From the NCBI GenBank assembly GCA_958295855.1, contig OY282383.1, positions 183,178 through 247,177 of the forward strand: 64,000 nucleotides of DNA, written 5' to 3'. Below, piece by piece: positions 29,753 to 39,400 of this stretch. The notes beneath the pieces are model-generated. The model saw only the letters and a program-made list of their open reading frames with translations, was not told the DNA's origin and did no database searches. The position numbers and the translations under genes are program-made. Each line of letters begins with the position of its first letter. Position 1 is the stretch's first letter. The DNA is from an uncultured Poribacteria bacterium (lineage in GTDB: Bacteria > Poribacteria > WGA-4E > WGA-3G).

Positions 29753-32700
29753 TTAGTCATCATCGTCACTTGCGGTATCAAGCGGTTGTCCCTGATAGGC
29801 AACTTCTATGTTCTGGAAGTCGGAGAAGCCGCTTCCCGCTGGGATAAGCCTACCGAGGATGACGTTTTCTTTTAGCCCGAAGAGCCTGTCGGTTTGACCG
29901 CTCACTGCCGCGTCTGTGAGCACTTTGGTCGTCTGCTGGAAGGAGGCCGCTGAGATAAAACTATCTGTGCTCAAGGAGGCTTTGCTGATGCTCTGGAGTA
30001 TGGGTTCTCCTGTGGCGGGTGTGCCGCCTGCGGTGTCGATGGCACTGTTTTGACGCTGGAACTTGTCGCGGGCGACTTCTTCGTTCGGGTAGAAGGCTGT
30101 ATCGCCGGACTCGGTGACGCGTATCTTTGTCAGCATCTGCCGGACGATGGCTTCGATATGCTTGTCGTTGATGACTCTTGCACCGTAGACTTTCTGGACT
30201 TCATCGACAAGGTATGCCCACACGGCTTCTTCGCCTTCGACGGGTACGCCGTTTATGAGGGTACGCCCGATTCTTAAAATATCGTGCGGGTTGAGGAATC
30301 CATCTGTGAGCGGTTGGCCTGCATCTACCCAGTCGCCTTCGGTGACTCGCCGTTTTTCATCAGGGATGGCATAGACTCTGCTGGTATGCCCTTCATCTAT
30401 GATGCGGTATGTGGGTACGCCTGCCTTGGTGCCTACGGCTTGTACGTGTCCCTCAATTTCGGCGATTTCTGCGGCATTTTCTCGCTTGGGACGCCGGGCT
30501 TCAAACAGTTCTGTGACGCGGGGTATGCCTGCTACGATGTCTCGGTTCGCGGTTTTCTCATGCAGTTCTGCGAGGGTGTCTTCTGCATCAATGCTATCCC
30601 CTTCTTCGACGGAGAAGGAGTAACCGAGAGGTATGAGATGCGGCACGTAAGCACCCTGACTGTTCACGATTTCGATATGCATGCGCATGTCGAGCTCGGC
30701 TGTTTCAAAGCCGGCGTATTGTGCAAAAGTTGTCTTGTATGCTTCTTCAGTCAATACCTCGCCGACGGTATGCCCACAATTGGGATGGAAGACATCCGTG
30801 ACGGTGTAGGTTTTCCGCTGGTTCTCCTTCTGTAGCTTGCGGTATTCCTTTTCGCCTAGAATGTGCCCAGGGTCGAACTGAGGGACAGAGGAATCTGTCC
30901 TTTCGTCCCGGGTGACCTGATTGACGCGTTCGACATCAAACGCTTTGTACTGCCGCTGGTATGATCGGTATTCCTTTTCAGTTAACTCGGTTCCGACTTC
31001 CAACTGCAGGTCGGGGTGATGTACACTAACGACGACATATAGACTCGTGAATTTTCCCGAAATTTCGGGATCTTCTTTACGCAACGACTTATACTGGGCT
31101 TCGCTTAAGCGCTGTCGCGATTCGGAGATCGCTCCTACCTCCTCGTAGTAGCGTTGCACTTCAAACCCCTTGTACTGTCGGCGGTGTGCGCTTGACGCTT
31201 TTTGTGTCAACAATTCACCAGGCTGTAGCGGGCACTCGGGGTGATTGACAGCAGTCACGTGATAGAGTCGTTCCGCCTCAAAGGGTCCCATTGTATTAAC
31301 AGCGGAGGAGGCTGTGATACCTGGGAAAGTGGCTCTGAACTGTTTCTCCTCACCATCGCTGAGCAAGTCACCTGGTTTGAGGGTGCAGTCCGGATGATGC
31401 ACATGGATGACGCGGTGCTTCAACTTTTGAACATTGAACCCAGGAAACCGCTTGTGTTCCTTACGTGCCGCGTCTGTTGTTAGCACGTCGCCGACCTTGA
31501 GGGGGAACTCGGGGTGATAGACTGCGGTGACAACATGCTTCGGGGCATCCAATTCTTTAACCTGAAACGCCCGATACTTTAGACGGGCCTCCTCGTAGGC
31601 GCGTTCGGTTAATTCTCTTCCAATCTGATACTCGGCTGGATCCAGCCCCGAGTTTGCGTCTCCTGTTATCTCAGTATGCATAACGTAGACAGGCTTTGAC
31701 TCCAAGTCAAAGGGGGTAAGCCACGAGGCGATGTCTGAAGCCGACACTTCCTCTCCAACCTCATAAGGGAAGTCTGCCCGAGTGCGCTCGGTTATGCGGT
31801 AGACACGTTCGAAGTGAGAATCCCGGGCGGAGTGGGTATGTTCCCCGCTTTGCGGGGAGAAGGGTTTTGCCCTGCTTTGCAGGGAATTACCCTCTTCACC
31901 CTTTTCAGACTCGCCTCCCTGGGTCGCGCCGACTGAGGCAAGTTCTGTCTCTGTAAAGAGCTGCCCTGTCTCTGAATCTCGGGAAAGCCATTCACCATCA
32001 AACCCTGTGTGCATCTTGGCCTTCAACTCATCTGCTTTTTCGAGTGTGAGCAGCTCCCTCGGTGTAACAGCAATGTCGGGGTGAAGCACTTGCGTCACAC
32101 GGTATTTCTGCGTTACAAAGCGGCCGAAGCCGTATTGCTTCCGGGCCTTGTCATATTGTGCCTGTGACAGCCGGGCGCCTTCCTGAAGGTGGCAGGCATG
32201 CTCCGATACAGCTGCCTCACTTAACTTTTCAACATGTTGAAAAAACGTCTCTTCAATCTCAGGCTCAAGTGAATCAATCTCACTGACGAGGGTTTCACTT
32301 GGTTGACGTACATTGCCGTATTTTTCTGTAAATTGTCGATACTCATCAGAGCTGCTGAACTTTTGGTGGCCTTCTCCGGGTTGTTCCGCATGGCAACCAA
32401 TGCAGAGTGCCGCCAGGTCCCTGGGTTCGTTATGCTTCGTTCCCCGCCGATGGTGGACATGGAGAAACTGTTTATCATCCTTAAGGGCTACACCACACTG
32501 CTCGCACTGCCAACCGGCCCTATCACGATATTTCTCTGAGAGAAACTTCCAAGCGTCTGATGAATAATCAAAATGCTGTCCGAGAACGCTATAACCGTTA
32601 TTTACTTTAGCACGCTCCGATACAGCAGTTACCTCATACTGCCAGGTCTCGGTCTCAAAGCCTTTATAACGTTGTGCGTTTTCAGTGTACTGCTTCTCAC

Positions 32701-35700
32701 TCAACAACTCACCTGGGAGCAATGGGCACTCAGGGTGGTTAACCTGGGTGACCTTGTAAGCAGGTGCATCAAGCTTTGCGCTAGAGGGATGAACCCCCTG
32801 CTTTGCAGCGGCAGACTGACCGATTGTGTTCATCATATCTACTTTGTTGTCGGTTTCCCATGCAGAAGATGGACTGTCGGAGCCGATGGCTATCCAGAGA
32901 TTTCCTTCTTGGCGCACTGTGCTGCCGGGGCGGAAATCGCGGAACCGCACGGTTCCCTTAACTTTCGCAAGAACTTTGCGCTGGCGCGCTTCTGAAATGG
33001 CCTCAACAGCCCCACCGGTGTGGAACGTCCGCATCGTTAGCTGCGTGCCGGGTTCACCAATGGATTGTGCAGCGATGATACCGATGGCTTCGCCGACATT
33101 GACAAGATTGTTGGTCGTCAAATCAATGCCGTAGCACTTTGAACAGACACCTTCGTCGGCTTGACAGGTGAGTACGGAACGCACTTTTACGACTTTGATG
33201 CGCGCGGCCTCAATCTGTGTGGCTTCTTCCTCGGATATCAATTGCTCGCTGGCTTTAAGCACTTGGCCTGTATCTGGGTGGATGATGTCTTCGGCGGCGG
33301 TTCGCCCTCTGATTTTAAATGCAAGGCTGCCGCCTTCAGTTGTAAACTTCTGAATGCTGTTCAGTGTCTTGCAATCTTCAGTGGTAACGCGGACATCTTG
33401 GGCAACATCTACTAACTTCCGGGTTAGATACCCGGATGCGGCGGTTTTCATTGCGGTATCTACTAAGCCTTTGCGCGAGCCGTAGGTGGAGTTGAAATAG
33501 TCTAACACATCTAAGCCTTCGCGATAGGAGGCGGTTATCGGTGTAGAGAGAATGTTGTTGCTCTGATCGGATTTCAAGCCGACAATTGCACTAATTTGCA
33601 TAAATGGGTTCTTCCGCGCGCGCGCTCCACTATCCGCCATAATATGCACTGGACTGAAACCTTTGACGGTTTCAGCGCCTATCTCTACGCCATCAGCATC
33701 TACGTTTGGATGAATCTTACGCGAGTCGCCGCGTTCAACGAGTGATGTCTCTAATTCGGGTAAGGCGGAGAACATCCTTTTCTCAACCTGTTCAATCGCT
33801 TCGAGCCAGATGCGAATTCGCTCATTCTCTAACTCGCCTGTGTCTGTAGCAGAGGTTGTCGCAAGGAGGTTATCCACTTCGGACTGGGCTTTGCTCACTA
33901 AAGCATCCCGGTTGTCGGGCCTGAGGTAATCTGTTATGCAGGGCGATATGCCGCTCAGGGTTGCATAGTGGAAGGCAAGTTTTTGGATTTCCTCAAGCAT
34001 GTTGACTGTAACACGCGTTCCTAATTCGTTGAAACAGTCGTAGACTATCTTGGATAACTCGCGTCCGCTGGCTTCGGCGTTGAAAAAAGGCACCTGCTGC
34101 CGGGAATGCTCGTCTATCCACGCATCCTCGGACGAACTTCCTTTGATTTTCTTGAGTTTATCTGGCAGTACTTCGTTGAAAATAACTCTGCCTACTGTCG
34201 TGAGTATGGGGCTGGCTGTGGCACGCGGCCTGCTACTTTCGTGCTTGCTACTTTCCCCAAAAAAGAGTTGGAGGCTATCGTGTAGTTTGAGTTGGCCGGC
34301 TGCGTGCGCGGCGATAACTTCTTCTGTATTTGAATAGCGACGGTGGTACCAAGGTTTTTGGCGGAGCTCATCCAGTCGCGATTCGGAGATGGCTCCTACC
34401 GATTGCGCGATAAACTCATGCAACAACTTTGCATCCTCAGCATGTCCCGGCAGTTCCTTCGTCAGGAAACTCGGCCCTAGCACCATGTCAAGCTCCGGTA
34501 CTGCAATTGGACCGCCGTGGGATGGCTTGAGGATATTATGACTGCTGAGCATTAGCAGCTTTGCCTCTGCCTGTGCCTCTACTGTGAGTGGCACATGCAC
34601 TGCCATCTGGTCGCCGTCAAAATCGGCGTTGAATGCCTTACACACAAGGGGAGGTATCCGTATCGATTTGCCTTCTACTAACACTGGCAGAAATGCCTGA
34701 ATGCCAAGCCGATGCAACGTGGGTGGGCGATTCAGTAACACGGGATGGTCGGCTATGACTTCCTCTAAGACTTCCCAGACAGGTGAATTGGACTCCACAT
34801 GCTCGGCGATGTGCTTCGCACGTTTTATCGTCTGCGTATAGTTATACGCTTGCAGCCTCTCGATAATAAATGGCTTGAACAATTCTACGGCCATTCGCTT
34901 GGGCAAACCGCATTGGTGGAGTCCCAGTTCGGGGCCGACGACGATGACGCTTCGCCCAGAGTAATCGACGCGTTTTCCGAGCAGATTCTGACGGAAGCGC
35001 CCGACTTTGCCTTTGAGGATATCGGAGAGTGACTTGAGCGGTCGGTTGCCAGGGCCGGCAACACGCCTGCCGTGCCGCCCGTTGTCAAAGAAGGCATCAA
35101 CGGCTTCTTGTAACATCCGTTTTTCGTTGCGCAAAATGACTTCGGGGGAACGGAGCTGTATTAACTTACGCAGCCGGTTGTTACGATTGATGACGCGGCG
35201 ATACAGATCGTTCAAGTCGCTTGTGGCAAAACGCCCGCCTTCGAGGGAAACAAGGGGCCGTAAGTCCGGGGGAATGACGGGTATCACATCCATAATCATC
35301 CACTCGGGGCGCTGTTCAGATGCGGCAAAGTCAGACAACTGTTTGAGCTGTTTGGATATCTTGAGCTTTTTCTGATGGCTTGTTGTTTCCGAAAGCAGTT
35401 CGGTGAGTTTCTCTTTCTCTGCCTGCAGGTCGATGCTGTTCAGAATCTCAGAAATGACTTCGGCGCCAGTCCCTGCGCGAAATTGACCGGGGTACTGGTG
35501 TTTCGCTTGCTCGTATTCTAATTCTGTTAGGACCTGACGCGGCTGCAGCGGACAGTCCGGGTCGCTGACGGATACAACAACAAAGGCTTCAAAATAGATG
35601 ATGCGTTCTACTTGGCGTGAGGAGAGATTACAAAAGGTGCCGATTCGTGACGGTATGCCTTTGAAGAACCAGATGTGGGAAACTGGGGCGGCGAGCTGGA

Positions 35701-36058
35701 TATAACCGAGGCGCTGCCTGCGTACGCGCTGCTGCGTTACCTCAACTCCACACCGGTCGCATATCACTCCCTTGTGCTTTATCCGTTTATATTTCCCACA
35801 ACTACACTCAAAGTCTTTTTGCGGGCCGAAGATGGCTTCGCAGAATAGCCCTTCCGGTTCTGGCCGGAGGGAGCGATAATTAATGGTTTCTGCCTTCCTC
35901 ACTTCGCCGCAGTTACACCTTCCCATCTCCGGACAGATAAAGGGTTCTCTTGTGGATTGGGATGTGCTACGACGCTTACAACAGGTTTGCTTGGCTAATG
36001 CTTTTATCTCCTGGGGTGAGGCTATTTTTATCGAAATACTGTCAAACGCTGTTTTCAT
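29753..36058 (-). CDS. rpoC: DNA-directed RNA polymerase subunit beta' with a very large trigger-loop insertion (SI3-like, about 800 aa) containing SBHM-type repeats, an HNH motif and in-frame repeat elements
   Basis: 2101 aa. Canonical beta' blocks: NADFDGDQM and MRTFHTGGA, then an insertion, then GIPRVTELFEARRP. RBS AGGAA within the upstream repeat. Confidence 0.95.
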   Translation of the reverse strand: MKTAFDSISIKIASPQEIKALAKQTCCKRRSTSQSTREPFICPEMGRCNCGEVRKAETINYRSLRPEPEGLFCEAIFGPQKDFECSCGKYKRIKHKGVICDRCGVEVTQQRVRRQRLGYIQLAAPVSHIWFFKGIPSRIGTFCNLSSRQVERIIYFEAFVVVSVSDPDCPLQPRQVLTELEYEQAKHQYPGQFRAGTGAEVISEILNSIDLQAEKEKLTELLSETTSHQKKLKISKQLKQLSDFAASEQRPEWMIMDVIPVIPPDLRPLVSLEGGRFATSDLNDLYRRVINRNNRLRKLIQLRSPEVILRNEKRMLQEAVDAFFDNGRHGRRVAGPGNRPLKSLSDILKGKVGRFRQNLLGKRVDYSGRSVIVVGPELGLHQCGLPKRMAVELFKPFIIERLQAYNYTQTIKRAKHIAEHVESNSPVWEVLEEVIADHPVLLNRPPTLHRLGIQAFLPVLVEGKSIRIPPLVCKAFNADFDGDQMAVHVPLTVEAQAEAKLLMLSSHNILKPSHGGPIAVPELDMVLGPSFLTKELPGHAEDAKLLHEFIAQSVGAISESRLDELRQKPWYHRRYSNTEEVIAAHAAGQLKLHDSLQLFFGESSKHESSRPRATASPILTTVGRVIFNEVLPDKLKKIKGSSSEDAWIDEHSRQQVPFFNAEASGRELSKIVYDCFNELGTRVTVNMLEEIQKLAFHYATLSGISPCITDYLRPDNRDALVSKAQSEVDNLLATTSATDTGELENERIRIWLEAIEQVEKRMFSALPELETSLVERGDSRKIHPNVDADGVEIGAETVKGFSPVHIMADSGARARKNPFMQISAIVGLKSDQSNNILSTPITASYREGLDVLDYFNSTYGSRKGLVDTAMKTAASGYLTRKLVDVAQDVRVTTEDCKTLNSIQKFTTEGGSLAFKIRGRTAAEDIIHPDTGQVLKASEQLISEEEATQIEAARIKVVKVRSVLTCQADEGVCSKCYGIDLTTNNLVNVGEAIGIIAAQSIGEPGTQLTMRTFHTGGAVEAISEARQRKVLAKVKGTVRFRDFRPGSTVRQEGNLWIAIGSDSPSSAWETDNKVDMMNTIGQSAAAKQGVHPSSAKLDAPAYKVTQVNHPECPLLPGELLSEKQYTENAQRYKGFETETWQYEVTAVSERAKVNNGYSVLGQHFDYSSDAWKFLSEKYRDRAGWQCEQCGVALKDDKQFLHVHHRRGTKHNEPRDLAALCIGCHAEQPGEGHQKFSSSDEYRQFTEKYGNVRQPSETLVSEIDSLEPEIEETFFQHVEKLSEAAVSEHACHLQEGARLSQAQYDKARKQYGFGRFVTQKYRVTQVLHPDIAVTPRELLTLEKADELKAKMHTGFDGEWLSRDSETGQLFTETELASVGATQGGESEKGEEGNSLQSRAKPFSPQSGEHTHSARDSHFERVYRITERTRADFPYEVGEEVSASDIASWLTPFDLESKPVYVMHTEITGDANSGLDPAEYQIGRELTERAYEEARLKYRAFQVKELDAPKHVVTAVYHPEFPLKVGDVLTTDAARKEHKRFPGFNVQKLKHRVIHVHHPDCTLKPGDLLSDGEEKQFRATFPGITASSAVNTMGPFEAERLYHVTAVNHPECPLQPGELLTQKASSAHRRQYKGFEVQRYYEEVGAISESRQRLSEAQYKSLRKEDPEISGKFTSLYVVVSVHHPDLQLEVGTELTEKEYRSYQRQYKAFDVERVNQVTRDERTDSSVPQFDPGHILGEKEYRKLQKENQRKTYTVTDVFHPNCGHTVGEVLTEEAYKTTFAQYAGFETAELDMRMHIEIVNSQGAYVPHLIPLGYSFSVEEGDSIDAEDTLAELHEKTANRDIVAGIPRVTELFEARRPKRENAAEIAEIEGHVQAVGTKAGVPTYRIIDEGHTSRVYAIPDEKRRVTEGDWVDAGQPLTDGFLNPHDILRIGRTLINGVPVEGEEAVWAYLVDEVQKVYGARVINDKHIEAIVRQMLTKIRVTESGDTAFYPNEEVARDKFQRQNSAIDTAGGTPATGEPILQSISKASLSTDSFISAASFQQTTKVLTDAAVSGQTDRLFGLKENVILGRLIPAGSGFSDFQNIEVAYQGQPLDTASDDDD
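32380..32515 (-). other. HNH nuclease motif embedded in the rpoC trigger-loop insertion
   Basis: Motif: CEQCG, then LHVHHRRG, then N, then LCIGCH, spaced as in HNH domains. No intein splice-block signatures nearby. Confidence 0.6.
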
Positions 36059-36462
36059 ATTTTCGCTATTCCTTGCGGTGTAATCAGGTTGTAAGGTTCA
36101 TCGAGGGTTACACTGTAGATCTCGCTGGAGGTTTTCGCTATTCCTTGCGGAGTAATCAGGTTTTCGCTATTCCTTGCGGTGTAATCAGGTTGTAAGGTTC
36201 ATCGAGGGTTACACTGTAGATCTCGCTGGAGGTTTTCGCTAAAAGGGTTCGAAGGTGCCAAGAATTTTGACACCTTGTTCCTGTCTGTAATTTGCGGAGA
36301 ATTCAGCATGGGCAGGCACAAGGCACTGCCCCTACAGATACAAGCCTTGCATCAAAAACCTCCGACGAGATCTCTAATGCGATGACAACTACATAATGCC
36401 AATGGTATTTGCCCCTGCTTTGCAGGGGTTTTATACCAATTCGAGTTCTCCGCAAGGAATGA
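36059..36462. repeat. rpoB-rpoC intergenic mosaic: two copies of TTTTCGCTATTCCTTGCGGTGTAATCAGGTTGTAAGGTTCATCGAGGGTTACACTGTAGATCTCGCTGGAGG, plus GGGCAGGCACAAGGCACTGCCCCTACAG and a palindromic element
   Basis: Direct reading of the sequence. Provides the rpoC SD and the rpoB stop codon. Confidence 0.85.
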
Positions 36463-39400
36463 CTAAAGGTCTGAGTCGCGATTGAGTGTCACGTTCAGAC
36501 CAAGGCTCTGGAGTTCTCGCACGAGCACGTTAAACGATTCGGGCGTGCCGGGCGGGTTTGGGTTCAGCCCCTTAACTATGGATTCATAGATTTCCGATCT
36601 GCCTGCCACGTCGTCCGATTTGAGGGTGAGCATCTCCTGGAGCGTATGCGCAGCGCCATAGGCTTCAAGTGCCCACACTTCCATTTCACCGAGTCGCTGG
36701 CCGCCATGTTGCGCCTTACCGCCCAGAGGTTGCTGGGTGACAAGCGAGTAAGGGCCTGTGGAGCGCGCATGCATCTTGTCTGCTACAAGATGGTTCAGTT
36801 TAAGGAAATAGACGTAGCCGACTGTGACTTCTTGGGCAAAGGGTTCACCTGTCCTGCCATCATAAAGTACGCTTTTCCCTGTCTTTTTACTGCGTTCGGG
36901 GAGGTTCGTTTTTCCGAGCAGTTCAAAGATTTCAGTCTCTGTTGCTCCGTCAAATACGGGGGATTCTGCGCGTATGCCTAATGCGTGGCACGCCCATCCG
37001 AGGTGAATTTCTAAGATTTGCGCGACATTCATTCGTGATGGGACGCCTAAGGGGTTCAGCACGATTTCAACGGGTGTGCCATCTGGCATATAGGGCATAT
37101 CTTCAGCTGGCAGGATTTTTGCCACAACGCCTTTATTGCCATAACGGCCTGCCATTTTATCGCCAACGGAAATGGGACGTTTACTCGCGATATAAACTTT
37201 GACGCGTTTGATAACACCGGGTTTGAGTTCATCTCCCATCTCCAATTGCTTGAGGGCGCGTTCTTTCTCCTCTGTGTAGGCGGCTATCCTGCCTTGCGCC
37301 ATCTCCTCAACGCGGCGAATGTGTTCCATTGCGGCAGCATCCGTTACGCAAACGGATGATAACGCTATGCCAGGTGTGTCTAATAGCTCAGCTGTCACTG
37401 TGTCACCCGCAGCAAACGACGTTGGGGCAGCACTTTGTTCGGAATTCCCGCCCTGCCCCTTTGCCTCTTCACTGCTTTGCTTCCCGCCCGGTTTCCCATC
37501 ATGGGCAACCAGGAGGATAGCCTCCGCGTTGGTATGTTCCCCACTTTGCTTCCCGCCCTGCCCCTTTGCCTCTTCACCCTTTTCCCCATCGTGCCTAACC
37601 TGTGCCACTACAGGCAATGCAAGTTCACAACCAAGGAGCATGTTGCGTATTTCTTCGTCCTTCCGGTGGCGTATGGATGCGATGTGCGTCCTCCACGTCT
37701 CCTCGCTCTGCTTACGTTTGGATTCATAGCGCAATTCTTCAATTCTTGATGCGCCTGTTTCCGAACGTGTCCAGCCGCCGCGGCGTTGCAATCCATCTGG
37801 CTTTCGGGAAAACACTTTGACATCAATTACTATGCCTTCAACGCCGGGGCGGATGTAGGTGGAGGCATCGCGGACATCTCGTGCTTTTTCGCCGAAGATG
37901 GCGTGCAGCAGTTTTTCTTCGGGGCCATACTCACTTTCGCCTTTGGGCGTAATTTTTCCCACGAGGATACTGCCGGCACTGACAACACTGCCAACGCGGA
38001 TGATGCCTTCCTCATCAAGCTGCAAAAGGCGTTGCTCGCTCATGTTCGGAATGTCGCGCGTTATCTCCTCTGGGCCCACCTTCGTTTCGCGTGCCTCTAC
38101 TTCGACTTCTTCAATATGAATAGAGGTAAAGGTGTCCTTGCGGATGAGGGTTTCACTAATGAGGATAGAGTCCTCATAGTTGTGCCCGCCCCAGGGCATA
38201 TAGGCGCACAAGATATTTCTGCCGAGGGCGAGTTCACCTCCGTCGGTGGATGTGCCGTCGGCAATAACATCGCCTGCTTGCACTTTATCGCCTACAGAAA
38301 CGATTGGATGCTGGTGGATACAGGTGCCACTGTTACTGCGCTTGAAAGTCTGGAGTTTGTACTGGTCGTATCCCATTTCGCTAAATCCATGCTCGCCGGT
38401 GTCGGTATGCAGCACTTCGCCGGTGTGTATGAGGATTTCGTCAGCGGAGATACTTGCGACGGTGCCGCTGCGGATGGCGGTTCGGAGGGCTCCGGAGTCC
38501 AGTGCGGCGCGGGTTTCCATGCCTGTAGCTACAAGAGGGGCTTCCGGACGGATGAGGGGGACGGCTTGGCGTTGGTGGTTGGCTCCCATCAATGCGCGGT
38601 TCGCGTCTTCGTGCTCGAGGAACGGAACAAGGGAGGCAGAAACGCCAACTATCTGTTGCGGCGCGATGCCAACATAGTCAATTTCAGTGGATTTCGTTTC
38701 TTTGAATTCTATGACGTCGCCCTCTTTGGCATCGTTCCAGCGTCGCATGGCACGGACAGAATAGCCATGGCGGTTTTTCTTTCCTGCTTTATGGAAAGCA
38801 TCTGCGGATGCAATGGTACAGCCCAGCTCTGCATCTGCAGTCAAATACTCAATCCGGTCAGTGAGCTTACCCTCAACAATGACTTGATAGGGCGTTTCCA
38901 AGAACCCGTAGCGATTGACGCGTGCGAATGTAGCGAGCGATACAATCAGCCCGATTGAGGGCCCTTCTGGGGTTTCAAGCGGACATACACGCCCGAAATG
39001 CGTTTCGTGAACGTCGCGGACAGCTGCGGTTGCCCTGTCGCGATGTAGTCCGCCGGGCCCGATTGCGGAGATGCGGCGTTTGTGCGTCAACTCATCCAGG
39101 GGATTGATTTGTTGCATAAACTGCGAGAGTTGGTTAGAGCCAAAAAACTCACGGAGTGCCATCATGAGTGGTTTGGGGTTCACCAATGCGCCGGGTGTTG
39201 CTTTGGCGCGGTCCTTGAGGATATCGACAGCACTGAGGCGTTCGCGTGTCGTTCTACGGATTTGGAATAATCCCATTCTGAATTGGTTTTCTAGCAGTTC
39301 CCCGATAACTCTGACGCGCCGATTTTCGAGATTGTCCTGGTCGTCCTTGGGTACAAGTTTGTTCTGCACCTGTATGAGGTATGCCAGTGTTGCGGTGATA

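Noticed and set aside
32380-32515. An intein carrying an HNH homing endonuclease inside rpoC
   Set aside because: The surrounding sequence lacks intein splice junction blocks: there is no N-terminal C/S block A and no C-terminal HN followed by C/S/T. The HNH motif is embedded among SBHM-like repeats continuous with the host protein, so a domain insertion rather than an intein is more likely.
37786-38958. 390-aa ORF on the + strand, and many other 60-180 aa ORFs antisense to rpoB, rpoC, lon, the RM gene and fusA
   Set aside because: These are shadow ORFs opposite long, well-supported genes and have no independent evidence.
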